DNA of 64,000 nt from a bacterium (GCA_031362565.1 JANLSU010000054.1:29357-93356), one strand, 5' to 3'; positions 41,540 to 51,273 are shown, numbered from the stretch's first letter. Program-made: numbers and translations. The notes: a model not told the origin generated them from the letters alone.

Positions 41540-42073
41540 TCAGTGATAAAACGTCCAGCCGATGGTGATCTTGGCGTCCGGGATGTCGTTCAAGCTGAAC
41601 TTGGCTTCGACGAAGAACCGGTCGCCGTTGTAGAGGCCGCGCTCGATACCGCCGAGCGCATTGACGCCGACATCGGAGTTCCAGTCGTTGTTGTTGTGGT
41701 TACCGTCGAAGCGTGCGAAATTGGCGCCCAGCCCGCCGCCCAGGTAGGGTGTCCACGTCGACCAGTCGGAGCGAAAGCGATATGCGGCTTCAGCATTGAC
41801 CGTCGCGAGTGTCAGGTTGTCGCCGAATCCCATTTCGAAGTTCGGCTGAAAGCGCACATGCTGTGCGAAGTTTCCGAAGTCGAGATGGGCTCCGAAGTGG
41901 AACTGGTCGGGATTGATCGACAACCCGAGCCGTGGCCCCCAGCCGCGGAAGCCGACATCGGTGTTCGGATCGGCGCGCACTATAGTAGGTGCGAGCGCTA
42001 GCGCGAGCACCAGCGCCGAGAGCATGCCGATGACCCCGGCGCGCACGTCGCGCCCTGCATGTCCTTTTTGCAT
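41540..42073 (-). CDS. Small outer-membrane beta-barrel protein
   Basis: Signal peptide; alternating beta-strand pattern, PYLGGGLG, aromatic C-terminus GWTFYH. Confidence 0.75.
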   Translation of the reverse strand: MQKGHAGRDVRAGVIGMLSALVLALALAPTIVRADPNTDVGFRGWGPRLGLSINPDQFHFGAHLDFGNFAQHVRFQPNFEMGFGDNLTLATVNAEAAYRFRSDWSTWTPYLGGGLGANFARFDGNHNNNDWNSDVGVNALGGIERGLYNGDRFFVEAKFSLNDIPDAKITIGWTFYH

Positions 42074-42085
42074 GTTCGCCCTCCT

Positions 42086-42619
42086 TCAGAGTGAATGCGT
42101 GATGGGCGAGCGGCCGAAGCGCGGGCGCTTGGAATGAGCCCGCAGAACGAGGCCGGCAAGTACTGCGCTCAGGCTGAGGAGCGCGAGTGCTGCAAACGGG
42201 CTGGCGGTTGCCGGCAGTTGATTGCTTGCGTCGCGCTGCTCGTCCGCCTTCGCGTAGGAGTCGCCAGGCACCGTGTTGCTGGCCTGGCTGCCGGCCTTGT
42301 TTTGCTGCGCGTCGTAGGTCGTCATCGACGGATCCGGGACGACGTTGACAAACGTCACCAATTGCCGGCCCGTTTGATCGTCGACTTTGTGGGTGACTTC
42401 GATCTGCGATCCGACCTCGAGTCCGTCGTACCGGACGCGGTCGAGCGCCGAGTCCAGCTTGAACATCATCCGGCCGGTCGCGGTATCGACGACCAACGAA
42501 TCGCTGCCCGCAACGACCACGGTGCCGGTGACGGTTTTCTTGCCGTAGTCCTGCGCCAAGACCGGCGACGCGATGAGAACGGTGGCGGTGGCGAGCAGCG
42601 CAAGAAGGAGACGCTTCAT
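42086..42619 (-). CDS. Exported protein with LPxTA (LPXTG-like) C-terminal sorting signal
   Basis: Signal peptide MKRLLLALLATA...VLA-Q; C-terminus QLPATAS + hydrophobic helix + RAHSKRPR. Confidence 0.75.
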   Translation of the reverse strand: MKRLLLALLATATVLIASPVLAQDYGKKTVTGTVVVAGSDSLVVDTATGRMMFKLDSALDRVRYDGLEVGSQIEVTHKVDDQTGRQLVTFVNVVPDPSMTTYDAQQNKAGSQASNTVPGDSYAKADEQRDASNQLPATASPFAALALLSLSAVLAGLVLRAHSKRPRFGRSPITHSL

Positions 42620-42718
42620 GGATGGTCCTTTTTTGTTGGCGAAGAGGCAAGGGCGCGGCGAAGTGCCCCGCTTCAATTTTTTCCCGTGACCCCCGAGGTG
42701 GTTCGGAGTCGCGTGCTG

Positions 42719-42763
42719 AACATAGCGGCTGGACATGACGCCGCAATGACGCGCGCATGACAC
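42719..42763 (-). promoter_or_regulatory. Triple 11-bp-period GTCAT box plus -10-like hexamer
   Basis: Minus strand GTGTCAT-GCGC-GCGTCAT-TGCG-GCGTCAT, then TATGTT 10 nt downstream. Confidence 0.65.
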
Positions 42764-42781
42764 TCGCGTCATGCAAACAAA

Positions 42782-42834
42782 CACCCTCGGAATTCGGCCG
42801 GCGGGTTCAGCGAACCGGTTCGAATTCGAGGGTG
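42782..42834 (-). terminator. Long hairpin downstream of the ice-binding gene
   Basis: CACCCTC/GAGGGTG and GAATTCG/CGAATTC stems; followed by TTGTTTG on the minus strand. Confidence 0.55.
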
Positions 42835-42860
42835 CCTGTCGAGAATCAGCTCTTTGCGTG

Positions 42861-43607
42861 TCAGTTCCTATAGATCTGCTTCATCTGACCCCAGGTCGTG
42901 GCCACAACGGCGGTCGTGCCGCATTCCGGGATGGAGATACTGTTCTGGTCCATCGTCACGGTGCCGTAGCGTGCCAGGAGCCGGCCGGAAACGGTCGCGC
43001 CTGCTTCGACACGGATGTTGTCGAGTCCGATGAGATTGCCGACGAACTGCGAGCCGGGGCCCAGAATCGCGGTGCAACCGACCACCCAGGAGACATTGCA
43101 GTCCTTGGCGCCGCCGCCCATGACGACGATGGAATTTGCGGCGGTGCGCAGGGTGCCGACGACAAAGATCACAAACGTTGCATCGGGGTTGCCACCGGCG
43201 TCGAGAACCAGGATTCCCGTCAAATCGGCGGACGACACGGAGCAGTAGAACCCGGGCGTCAGCGTCCGGCCGCCCAGATCTTGGCCGGTCAATTCGTCGG
43301 TGCACGGGCCGATCTGGCCGTCGTGCACGACTTGCACTTCGACCAACGCTTGCTCGGCAGCGCTGTCGCCAAAATGCATCGTGCCGTGCGTCAGAGTGCC
43401 GGGCGGGAAACCGTTGATGGCGCTACCCGTGCCGACGCCGATATGGCCGGAGATGGAGGTCGCGCCATTGTTGTCGATCGCGCCGCTACTTAGCACCGCA
43501 AAGTTGGCGGCAGTCCCCAGCGTCGGCTGGGCGAACGCCGGGGTCGGGCCGTACAGAAACGTGGCCAGAACGGCGCACGTGAGAAAACTGAAATATCGCT
43601 GCTTCAT
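42861..43607 (-). CDS. DUF3494 ice-binding-like protein with C-terminal TTWGQMKQIYR tail
   Basis: Signal peptide; LGTAANFAVL, LGGRTLTPG.Y, L.LDA.G.P.A.F.I, NVSWVVG, FVGN, GRLLA motifs typical of DUF3494. Confidence 0.88.
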   Translation of the reverse strand: MKQRYFSFLTCAVLATFLYGPTPAFAQPTLGTAANFAVLSSGAIDNNGATSISGHIGVGTGSAINGFPPGTLTHGTMHFGDSAAEQALVEVQVVHDGQIGPCTDELTGQDLGGRTLTPGFYCSVSSADLTGILVLDAGGNPDATFVIFVVGTLRTAANSIVVMGGGAKDCNVSWVVGCTAILGPGSQFVGNLIGLDNIRVEAGATVSGRLLARYGTVTMDQNSISIPECGTTAVVATTWGQMKQIYRN

Positions 43608-44018
43608 TTGAGAACCACCTGATTCGATTTGTTGCCAACGCGTTCGATTTTGCGGCGTCGAACTCGCTCGATGGAATGCTTGGCTGACAGTCTGTCAACG
43701 AGGCCTATTCTGCGTCTTGAGCAGTGACGGGACGATGAACCGCGCGTTACAAGCTGTTCACCGCTCGAGATGTGGGAGCGAATCGCACTCCACCACCAGG
43801 GGCGGCTCCCGGCCGCCGCGAGGGTGGTAAGACCCGGGCGGCCGGAGTGAAGGCAAGGCGGGTGAGGGGGGAACGTACCGGCTCGGCGATTGGGCGGATG
43901 CGTGGGTGCGTTGACGAGCTGTTCCCCGCCCGGAAGCCCAGGCACGCGCCCCCCCAGAAATCGTTGTTATTCCTCGGTGATGCGGCATCGTCATCTGGTG
44001 CACCATTCACACGCGCAC

Positions 44019-44063
44019 ACTGTACGCGCCGCCGATGAAGAACCGATGAAACCCGCATGACAC
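44019..44063 (-). promoter_or_regulatory. Triple 11-bp-period (G/T)TCAT box plus -10-like hexamer
   Basis: Minus strand GTGTCAT-GCGG-GTTTCAT-CGGT-TCTTCAT, then TACAGT 10 nt downstream. Confidence 0.55.
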
Positions 44064-44130
44064 AATGTTCAGCCGCACCCGCACCACCCTCCGGTTGCGG
44101 CAGCGCCTCCGACCCATTAGAGTGCCCGGC

Positions 44131-45501
44131 ATGCTGTGGTCACGTGGTTTCGCCATCGTCGGCGCGTTGGTTCTCGGGTGCGCCATTTTCACCACCGGTG
44201 AGTGGTGGTCGCGCGGCATCTTCTTCGGCAATGCGCCGGACGAGAAGGAGCACTACGCGATGGTGGAGTACGTGGCCAAGCATGGCCGCTTGCCCCACTA
44301 CGGCGAACCCAACTTCACGGTTTGGCTGATGAAAACGGGCAACCGCCTGTATGCGGCGGATCCCAAGAATCTGCGCGGTATCTTCCAGTTGCAGAACAAT
44401 CCGACCCGCACCGAACTGCGGCAAACGTATCTCTTCGTACCCCAGTTGCCCTACTTCCTGAACGGCTGGTTCTGCCGCTTGCAGGGTGGCGCTACACCTG
44501 CAAGGGCGCGCGCCTTCAACTCGCTGTGCGTCGCCGGCGCGGCGGTCTTGGTCTTCTTGGCGGGATTGGCGCTCTGGCCGGCGCGGCGCCTCGCGGCCTG
44601 GGTCGCCGGCGCGTGCGTCGGGCTGTGGCCGCAGCTCTGTTTCGTGGGCGCCTACGTCAACGACGATGGGCTCGCGCTCTTGAGCGTCGGCGGCCTCGTC
44701 GCGGCGTGCGCCTGGTGTCAGCGCGGCCCGTTCGCGCGGCGGCGCGCCGTCGGACTCGGAGTCGCCCTCGGCCTGTTGGGATCGTGCAAACCGTACGTCT
44801 TCGCGTTCTTGCCGTTGTTCGTATTGTGGTTCTGGCGCTGGAGCCGGAGTGAGAGTCGGAGCGAATTCCGCACCCCACATTTCTGGCGCCGGGCCGGGCT
44901 CGCGGCGGCAATCGCCATCGCTATCGCCGGCCCGTGGTTCGTGCGCAATGCGGTCTTATACGGCGATCCGACCGGGCATCGCTTTCTCGAGGCCAAAATG
45001 CGCGAGTTCGTGGCGATGTTGCCGCAAGATGTCGTGAACGGCACGACCTTGCTTTTTCTCAAGCCCGCCAAGGCGCGCGTCGACCCGCACATTTTCTTCG
45101 GACCGTGGTTGCAGCACTCTTTCGACAGCTTCTGGGCGCGCTTTGGCTGGATGGATTCGAACCCGACGCAGCCACTGGCCAAAATCGCTCGCGCCGTTCT
45201 CGCGCTAGGCTTGGTCTTGTCGATCCGCCGCCGCACGCTCGCGGCGTGGTGGAACGTGCCCGGCCTGTTTGGCTTGCCGGCGCTGGCGTTGCTGCTCTTG
45301 GGCTCGATGGCGAATTCGTACTTCGTCGACTCGCAACCCCAAGGCCGCTATTTGCTCCCGGCAGCCCCGGGACTCTTGCTGCAAATCACCGGCGGGTTCG
45401 CAACGCTGCCGCCGCGGATAGTATCCGGCGTACTGCTGCTATTGCTGTTGGCTTTCTTTATCGCCAACAACGTGCTGTGCCGGGTGACGGTCGTGCATTG
45501 A
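44131..45501 (+). CDS. Membrane GT-C glycosyltransferase-like protein (ArnT/PMT/DUF2142-like)
   Basis: APDE..H loop after TM1, VNDD, PWF.RN..LYGD, SFWA.FGW, QGRYLLP; many TM segments. Alternative start 44065. Confidence 0.7.
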   Translation: MLWSRGFAIVGALVLGCAIFTTGEWWSRGIFFGNAPDEKEHYAMVEYVAKHGRLPHYGEPNFTVWLMKTGNRLYAADPKNLRGIFQLQNNPTRTELRQTYLFVPQLPYFLNGWFCRLQGGATPARARAFNSLCVAGAAVLVFLAGLALWPARRLAAWVAGACVGLWPQLCFVGAYVNDDGLALLSVGGLVAACAWCQRGPFARRRAVGLGVALGLLGSCKPYVFAFLPLFVLWFWRWSRSESRSEFRTPHFWRRAGLAAAIAIAIAGPWFVRNAVLYGDPTGHRFLEAKMREFVAMLPQDVVNGTTLLFLKPAKARVDPHIFFGPWLQHSFDSFWARFGWMDSNPTQPLAKIARAVLALGLVLSIRRRTLAAWWNVPGLFGLPALALLLLGSMANSYFVDSQPQGRYLLPAAPGLLLQITGGFATLPPRIVSGVLLLLLLAFFIANNVLCRVTVVH

Positions 45502-45530
45502 AGTTGCGCGCACGGCGGCCGTGCGCGCGA

Positions 45531-48500
45531 CTATTGCGCGCGAACCAAGCGCCGCGTGAAGTGCTTGCCGCCCGACTCGTAGCGCACGAAGTACACACCC
45601 TTCGCCGCCGGGCCGTTCGGGGTCATCCCCGACCACGTGGCGCGGTAACGTCCCGCCGGCATCGTGCGGTTCACGAGCGGCGCGACTTCACGGCCGCGCA
45701 CGTCGATCACACTGAGCCGCACCTGCGCCTCGCGCGGCAACTGGAATTCGACCTCGGCCGATCCCGGGGTCGGATTCGGGTGCACCTGTCCCAACGCGAA
45801 TTGCGTCACCGGTCCGGATTCGTCGACGGACGTCACCGGTTCGGCGATCCGGAAAGCCGCGTCACTGACATCAGTGCCCGTGTTGCAGCCCGCATCGCGT
45901 GCCGCGACTTTGATAAACGCGGTCGCGGTCGGAAACGACGGACCCGTGATCGTCCAAACAAACGAGCCCGTATTCGGAACCGCGTTGGCCAACAACTCCG
46001 GAAACGTCAGGCCGCCGTCGCGCGACAGGGAAATATCGACGCTCGTGACCGCAACGTCGTCGCTGGCGTTGTACTGCACCGTCAACTGCGCGCCCTCGGT
46101 CACGACCTCGCCACCGTTGGGCGCCACGACCGTGACGCTGGGCGGTACGAAGTCGTCATCGTTCGAGATCGTCCCGGTAGCGGTGAACGTCCCCAGCACC
46201 GCACCCGACGGCGACGACAGCGTCACCGTGAAGCCTTCGTTCGGTTCACCGCACGTGTCGCCGTTCAACACCACGGTGATCGTCCCCGAAGGATCCTTCG
46301 CCGGGATCGTGAGCGTGCCGCTCGCCGCCTGATAGTCGTTGTCGGCGAGCGTCGCAGTACCGTCCGACGTCTGGTACTGCACAGTCACCACCTGCGCGGT
46401 GGGATTCGACAGTGCGACTGTAAATACAAGGTTGGCCGTCCCGGCATCGCCTTCGGCGATCGAGGCGCCGCCGATCGACACCGTCGGCACCGCGTCGTCA
46501 TTGAGGATCGTGCCGGTGCCTTGCAGCGTTCCCGCTTGAGCGCCGGCCAGATTCGACAGATCGACTTGGAATAACTCGTCGCTTTCCTGGGTCGCATCAC
46601 CGTTCACGAGGACCGTGACGGGCTGCGACACCACGCCCGGCGCGAACGACACCGATCCCGTCGCCATCGCGAAGTCGTTGTTGGCCAGCGTCGCCGTGCC
46701 TTCAGTCGTCCCAAAGTCAGCCGATGCCGGCAGCCCGCTCGGTTCCGACAGCGACACCGTGAACCCGAAGGCCGTGGTGCCAACGTTGCCTTCCGATACA
46801 GCGATGCTGTCGATCGACATCACGGGCGGCACGTCGTCGTTGAGGATCGTCCCCGTCGAGACCGTGTTGCCGAGCGTTCCGCCGCCCGGCGACGAAAGGG
46901 TCACCGTGAACGTTTCGCCGCCTTCAAATTTCGTATCACCGACCACGTTCACCGTCGCACTGCCCGCCACGAGGCCCGCGTTGATGGTCACCGTACCGCT
47001 TGCCGCTTGATAGTCATTGTCGGCAAGCGTCGCCGAGCCATCCGCCGCCTGGAAGTTGGCCGTAACCGTGCTCGAGCTCGGATTCGAAAGCGACACGTTG
47101 AACACGAACGGTGTCGTGCCGGCATTGCTCTCCGCACTGCTGACCGTCGCCACGATGTCGATGACCGGCTGGCTGTCGTCGTTGACGATCGTACCCGTCG
47201 ACGCCACCGTAGCGCCCAGCGTCGCGTTCGTAGCCGACGTCAGAGTGACCGCGAAAGTCTCGTTCGGCTCGAATTTATTGTCCCCATTCACCGCAACGCT
47301 GATCACCCCCGAAGTGCCGCTGATCGGGATAATAATCGTATTCGTGTCCGCCACGTAGTCGTTGTCGGCGGTCGTCGCGCTGCCATCGCTCGTCTGGTAG
47401 CCGATCGTCACGGCCGACGTCGCCGGCGACGTCAGGTTCACGGTGAAATTGAACGCGGTCGTGAGTGCATTGCCTTCCGCCAGGCTCGGACCGGGTGCAA
47501 TCGTCGCGACCGGCGTTCCACCCACGACATGCAGCACCGCGGCCGCCGCCGTTTGGCCGTCCGGATTCGTCACGGTCAGCGTGTATTTCTCGGCGCCGAC
47601 GTTAGCCGTCGCCGCCGCCGCATTCAGCACGAGATTGATCGTCGTCGGATTCACATAGGTCGCCGACACGACAGTCGGCGGCGTGCCCGTCGCAGCGCCG
47701 TTCGAAGCCGCCACCGACAAGTGACTGAAAGCCGGGACGCCGGCCAAATTCGCCCCCGGATCGAAGTAACCCGAACCCGCAACCGCGACGCCCGTCAGAG
47801 TCACGTTGACCGGGTTTTGACCCGCGGTGACATCCGGAATGGAACTGGGAGTCGCCGGCAGCGGCGCAATGAGCTTCGCGACCCGCACTCCGTACGAGTT
47901 CGCGGCATTGCAGAACATCTGCACCGTCCACATCGTCATGTCGTCGAGCGGATCGACGCTGGTGTACGAATAGTCGCCCCAGCGCCGGCCGCTGCCGCCG
48001 CCTGGATCACTCGGCGGGTTATACGCGGTCGCGCTCGCCGTATAGAGGACCGGCGTCTGCGTCGTACCGAGCCCGTCGCCGGCGAGCCGGCCGACGGTGG
48101 CCGAGTTGGCGCGCTCGTTCGAGCCGGCAGTGCTGAACCCGAGCGCCGCGTGCCCTTGGCCCGACACCACGACCGACGGAATCCAGTAATTGCGCTCGGT
48201 CGTCAAGTTGGTGCCGGTCGCCGTGAAGACCGTTCCCGACTGCACGATGGTCGGCGTGCCCGACGTCGGCGGCACGTTCAATTCGTACCAGCGCGAGCCA
48301 TCGCGCGTCAGGGTGCCCGACGCAACGCCGGTGTTGTTGACGGCGATGTTATGCGCTGTCCATAGCCGCCCATTGCGAATATGCGCCGCGAACAAACGGT
48401 CGTCGAGTGAACTCAGCCGGCCGTTGTTGCCGCCGGCGTTGCCAAGGTGTTGAACCAAAATCGGGAACTGCGTCGTCGGAACCGTAATCGGAATATTGGC

Positions 48501-49565
48501 CGACACGGTGGGCGTACCACCCGGCGTCGCGATGCGGCGCATGATAAGCGTCCCGAAGGTCGCGTTGTCGACGCCGATGAAGAAGCCCTCGTTCGAAGTT
48601 GGATCGAAGTTGTCGACACCCTGCGGCGTGTAAGGCCCGACGGCCGAAGCGTTCGCCACCAAGCCGCGAAACACCGTCAAGATCAAAGGCCCCGCGCCTA
48701 GAACCGAGCTCTTGCGAATCACATAACCATCGGAACTGTTGTACGTCTGTGACGGCGAGCCGCAGAAATTGTTCGTGCCGATGTACAACGCGTTGGCGTC
48801 CACTCCCATCGTTGGATAGTCCGCCAAGCAAGTATTCGAAATAGCCGGCGGCGTCGTCGCAATATCAATAAAAAAGAACGTGAAGACGGTGGTGAGAGAG
48901 ATCGTGCCATTGCTGGCAGCGTCACTGACGGCCAGCAAAATCCGATTCGGCGTCGAAACGTTGATAATCGCCAGGATCCAACGGCCCGATAGCCGGTCGT
49001 AGCGAATGCGCGGATCGCTGGTAATCGAACCGTTGCGGACCGAGGCAAAGAACACGTCGGGGTCGGCGTTCAGCACCGCGTCGGCGACACCGGTCGTCTT
49101 GTTGAAGGTCACGAGCCGGCCGTTCACGAACACGACGAACTGGCTCGGTCCCACTGCTCCCATGCAGTCCGGCGGAAACGATAACGTCGGATTGATGCCC
49201 GAGAGCGTGGCGGCGGTGAAATTGACGCCGACGGTTTGCGGGCTCTCGGTGTGGTTGCCCGGCGCCACTTTCGAATCCGGCGCGAGTTCGGGCCTGTGCG
49301 CGGCACGCGGCGACGCGGGGTTCTGCGGCAAGCCCCGGCGGTCCGGCTGCTCGATCTCCTCTTCCATGTCGCGTTCCGGCTGGCCGATTGCGTCGAACGC
49401 CGACTGATGGAACATCAGCAACTGGACGGACTGCGGCACACCAAGTTCGCCAGTGGATGTCGCAGAGACGACGGCAGGCGCGTCTTCCGCGGAGAGCAAC
49501 GGGGCGCTCGTAATGACGAGAACGCCGAGCAGGAGCAGGGCTGACAAGCCAATGCGTCGCTTCAT
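45531..49565 (-). CDS. Large secreted protein with four Calx-beta repeats and FlgD-Ig/T9SS-like C-terminal domain
   Basis: Signal peptide; N-terminal PPD..GAVG...DYP...RWGDY domain; repeats of EG..G...F.V.LS......V...T.DG.AT..DNDY...GD...E..E.F.V.L; C-terminus PNP...DVRGREV...GVYFVR. Confidence 0.85.
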   Translation of the reverse strand: MKRRIGLSALLLLGVLVITSAPLLSAEDAPAVVSATSTGELGVPQSVQLLMFHQSAFDAIGQPERDMEEEIEQPDRRGLPQNPASPRAAHRPELAPDSKVAPGNHTESPQTVGVNFTAATLSGINPTLSFPPDCMGAVGPSQFVVFVNGRLVTFNKTTGVADAVLNADPDVFFASVRNGSITSDPRIRYDRLSGRWILAIINVSTPNRILLAVSDAASNGTISLTTVFTFFFIDIATTPPAISNTCLADYPTMGVDANALYIGTNNFCGSPSQTYNSSDGYVIRKSSVLGAGPLILTVFRGLVANASAVGPYTPQGVDNFDPTSNEGFFIGVDNATFGTLIMRRIATPGGTPTVSANIPITVPTTQFPILVQHLGNAGGNNGRLSSLDDRLFAAHIRNGRLWTAHNIAVNNTGVASGTLTRDGSRWYELNVPPTSGTPTIVQSGTVFTATGTNLTTERNYWIPSVVVSGQGHAALGFSTAGSNERANSATVGRLAGDGLGTTQTPVLYTASATAYNPPSDPGGGSGRRWGDYSYTSVDPLDDMTMWTVQMFCNAANSYGVRVAKLIAPLPATPSSIPDVTAGQNPVNVTLTGVAVAGSGYFDPGANLAGVPAFSHLSVAASNGAATGTPPTVVSATYVNPTTINLVLNAAAATANVGAEKYTLTVTNPDGQTAAAAVLHVVGGTPVATIAPGPSLAEGNALTTAFNFTVNLTSPATSAVTIGYQTSDGSATTADNDYVADTNTIIIPISGTSGVISVAVNGDNKFEPNETFAVTLTSATNATLGATVASTGTIVNDDSQPVIDIVATVSSAESNAGTTPFVFNVSLSNPSSSTVTANFQAADGSATLADNDYQAASGTVTINAGLVAGSATVNVVGDTKFEGGETFTVTLSSPGGGTLGNTVSTGTILNDDVPPVMSIDSIAVSEGNVGTTAFGFTVSLSEPSGLPASADFGTTEGTATLANNDFAMATGSVSFAPGVVSQPVTVLVNGDATQESDELFQVDLSNLAGAQAGTLQGTGTILNDDAVPTVSIGGASIAEGDAGTANLVFTVALSNPTAQVVTVQYQTSDGTATLADNDYQAASGTLTIPAKDPSGTITVVLNGDTCGEPNEGFTVTLSSPSGAVLGTFTATGTISNDDDFVPPSVTVVAPNGGEVVTEGAQLTVQYNASDDVAVTSVDISLSRDGGLTFPELLANAVPNTGSFVWTITGPSFPTATAFIKVAARDAGCNTGTDVSDAAFRIAEPVTSVDESGPVTQFALGQVHPNPTPGSAEVEFQLPREAQVRLSVIDVRGREVAPLVNRTMPAGRYRATWSGMTPNGPAAKGVYFVRYESGGKHFTRRLVRAQ

Positions 49566-49823
49566 GGCAACGATGTCCCCCGGAGTTGAATTTTGAGGCG
49601 CTCGATCTCGGGAAAATCTGGTTTCGAGACAAATTGGCGCTCGCCTGCCCCGTGCCGATTCGGCCCGAGGCCGCATCGATCGGAGCCCCACCAGACACGG
49701 CCTGCAGGAGAGGCGCGTCTCTTCGACGGGGGATTTCTCGCAAAGGCGTTGCAGTGATTCTACTGGACCGCCGCCGCGCGTGGGGGCCGAAAATGGCTGT
49801 GACGGCGGAAAAAAACCGGTTCT

Positions 49824-50027
49824 TCAGGCTCGCCCGCGCTCGTTCCCGCGCTTGAAGTTGCGAGTGGCCCGCGCCAGAAGAAGCTGGAGGGCGGCGGCCG
49901 CGTTGACGGCGGCCGCTCTCTCCAAGAACTTCGCGGCCTCGGTGCCCGCGAGCGTCGTCACCACGCGGCCGCGCCATGAAATCAAGACCTTGCCGCCGGC
50001 GGCGGCGCGGTACGTGAACTCAGGCAT
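49824..50027 (-). CDS. Small hypothetical protein
   Basis: 67 aa MPEFTYR...GKVLISWRGR.VTTL...QLLLARATRNFKRGNER; start overlaps the upstream dehydrogenase stop. Confidence 0.65.
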   Translation of the reverse strand: MPEFTYRAAAGGKVLISWRGRVVTTLAGTEAAKFLERAAAVNAAAALQLLLARATRNFKRGNERGRA

Positions 50028-51273
50028 AGCGATCCGGGTCGAGGAGCGTGAGCGGGATCGAGGGCGGCTCGCCGGACAGGAGTTCGGAGACGAGCTTGCC
50101 CGTAATGGGGCCAAGCGAGAGGCCGACCATGGCATGCCCGGCGGCGACGGTGAGGTTGTCGTAGAGCTTGGTGCGGCCCAGGTACGGCAGGCCATCGGGC
50201 GACAGCGGCCGGAAGCCGAACCAGACCGGTACGCCGCGGACGTCCTCGGGGGTGAAATCCGGGTAATAACGCGCCATCGACTTCAAGATGCCGCGCACCC
50301 GGTTGTCGTCGACGCCTTGGCGCAATCCCGCAAGTTCCATCGTGCCGCCAATGCGCACGCCCTCCCCCATCGGCGTCACCGCCACGCGGCCTTCCACCAA
50401 GATCGCCGCGATGTTCGGCCGGCGCGGTGTTTTCTCGATCGTCATGCTGTAGCCCTTGCCCGGTTGCATCGGGATGCGGACTCGCAGGCCGCGCGTCATG
50501 CCATCCGACCACACCCCGGCGCAAAGCGCGAATTCGTCGGCGGTGCGCGGGCCCTGCGAGGTTTCGACGGCGTCGATGCGCCGGCCGCTCGTACGCCAGC
50601 CCTGCACGTCGGCCTGCCACACGAATTCGGCGCCAGCATCGGCGACCCATTGTTGCAACGAACGCATGAAACGCCCGGGCGTCAGTGTTGCATCTTCCGG
50701 GAAGTGCACCGCGCCGACGATATCCATCCGCATCGCGGGATCGAGTTGAGCCGTCTCGGTGGCATTCAAGACTCGTGCTTCCATGCCGAGTGCGTGCGCC
50801 TGCACGGCGGCTTTCACTTCTTCCTCGAGCCCGTGCGCCGTGTTGCAAAGCATCAGGATGCCGGTGCGGCGCAAACCAAACGTATCGCCATGCGCGGCGA
50901 CGAAGTCTTCGTAGCAGGCTCTGCTGGCACGCCCGAGATCGCGCAAGAGAGGCGCCGCCGCGCGCACGCGCTCCGGTGTCGCAGCGCGGTGGAAGTTCCA
51001 GCCCCAACGCACGAGGTCGAGATCGGCGCGCGGATGCACATAGAACGGGCTCTCGGGGCTGCGCATCCAGCGCAGTCCCTTCTGCACCATGCCGGGTGAA
51101 GCGAGCGGCACGAAATGGCTCGGCGTGATCATGCCGATGTTGCCGTACGAAGTCCCATCGCGATCCGGCCCCGAGCGGTCGACGATGGTGACGCGGTGTC
51201 CCTTGCGAAGTGCGTAGTAGGCGGTGCTGAGTCCCACGACTCCGGCGCCAACCACCAGAACATGCCGCCCCAT
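50020..51273 (-). CDS. FAD-dependent D-amino acid dehydrogenase (DadA/D-hydroxyproline dehydrogenase-like)
   Basis: VVGAGVVG, TSYGN.G, KGYS, GGTMEL, GFRP.SPDGLP, GH...G..LGPITG. Confidence 0.9.
   Translation of the reverse strand: MGRHVLVVGAGVVGLSTAYYALRKGHRVTIVDRSGPDRDGTSYGNIGMITPSHFVPLASPGMVQKGLRWMRSPESPFYVHPRADLDLVRWGWNFHRAATPERVRAAAPLLRDLGRASRACYEDFVAAHGDTFGLRRTGILMLCNTAHGLEEEVKAAVQAHALGMEARVLNATETAQLDPAMRMDIVGAVHFPEDATLTPGRFMRSLQQWVADAGAEFVWQADVQGWRTSGRRIDAVETSQGPRTADEFALCAGVWSDGMTRGLRVRIPMQPGKGYSMTIEKTPRRPNIAAILVEGRVAVTPMGEGVRIGGTMELAGLRQGVDDNRVRGILKSMARYYPDFTPEDVRGVPVWFGFRPLSPDGLPYLGRTKLYDNLTVAAGHAMVGLSLGPITGKLVSELLSGEPPSIPLTLLDPDRYA

Noticed and set aside
43918..43945. GCTGTTCCCCGC resembling the start of a type I-E CRISPR repeat
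   Set aside because: Only two imperfect copies 164 nt apart, no repeat-spacer periodicity and no cas genes.
46150..47500. DNA-level repeats such as GATAGTCGTTGTCGGC
   Set aside because: Explained by Calx-beta protein repeats (ADNDY).
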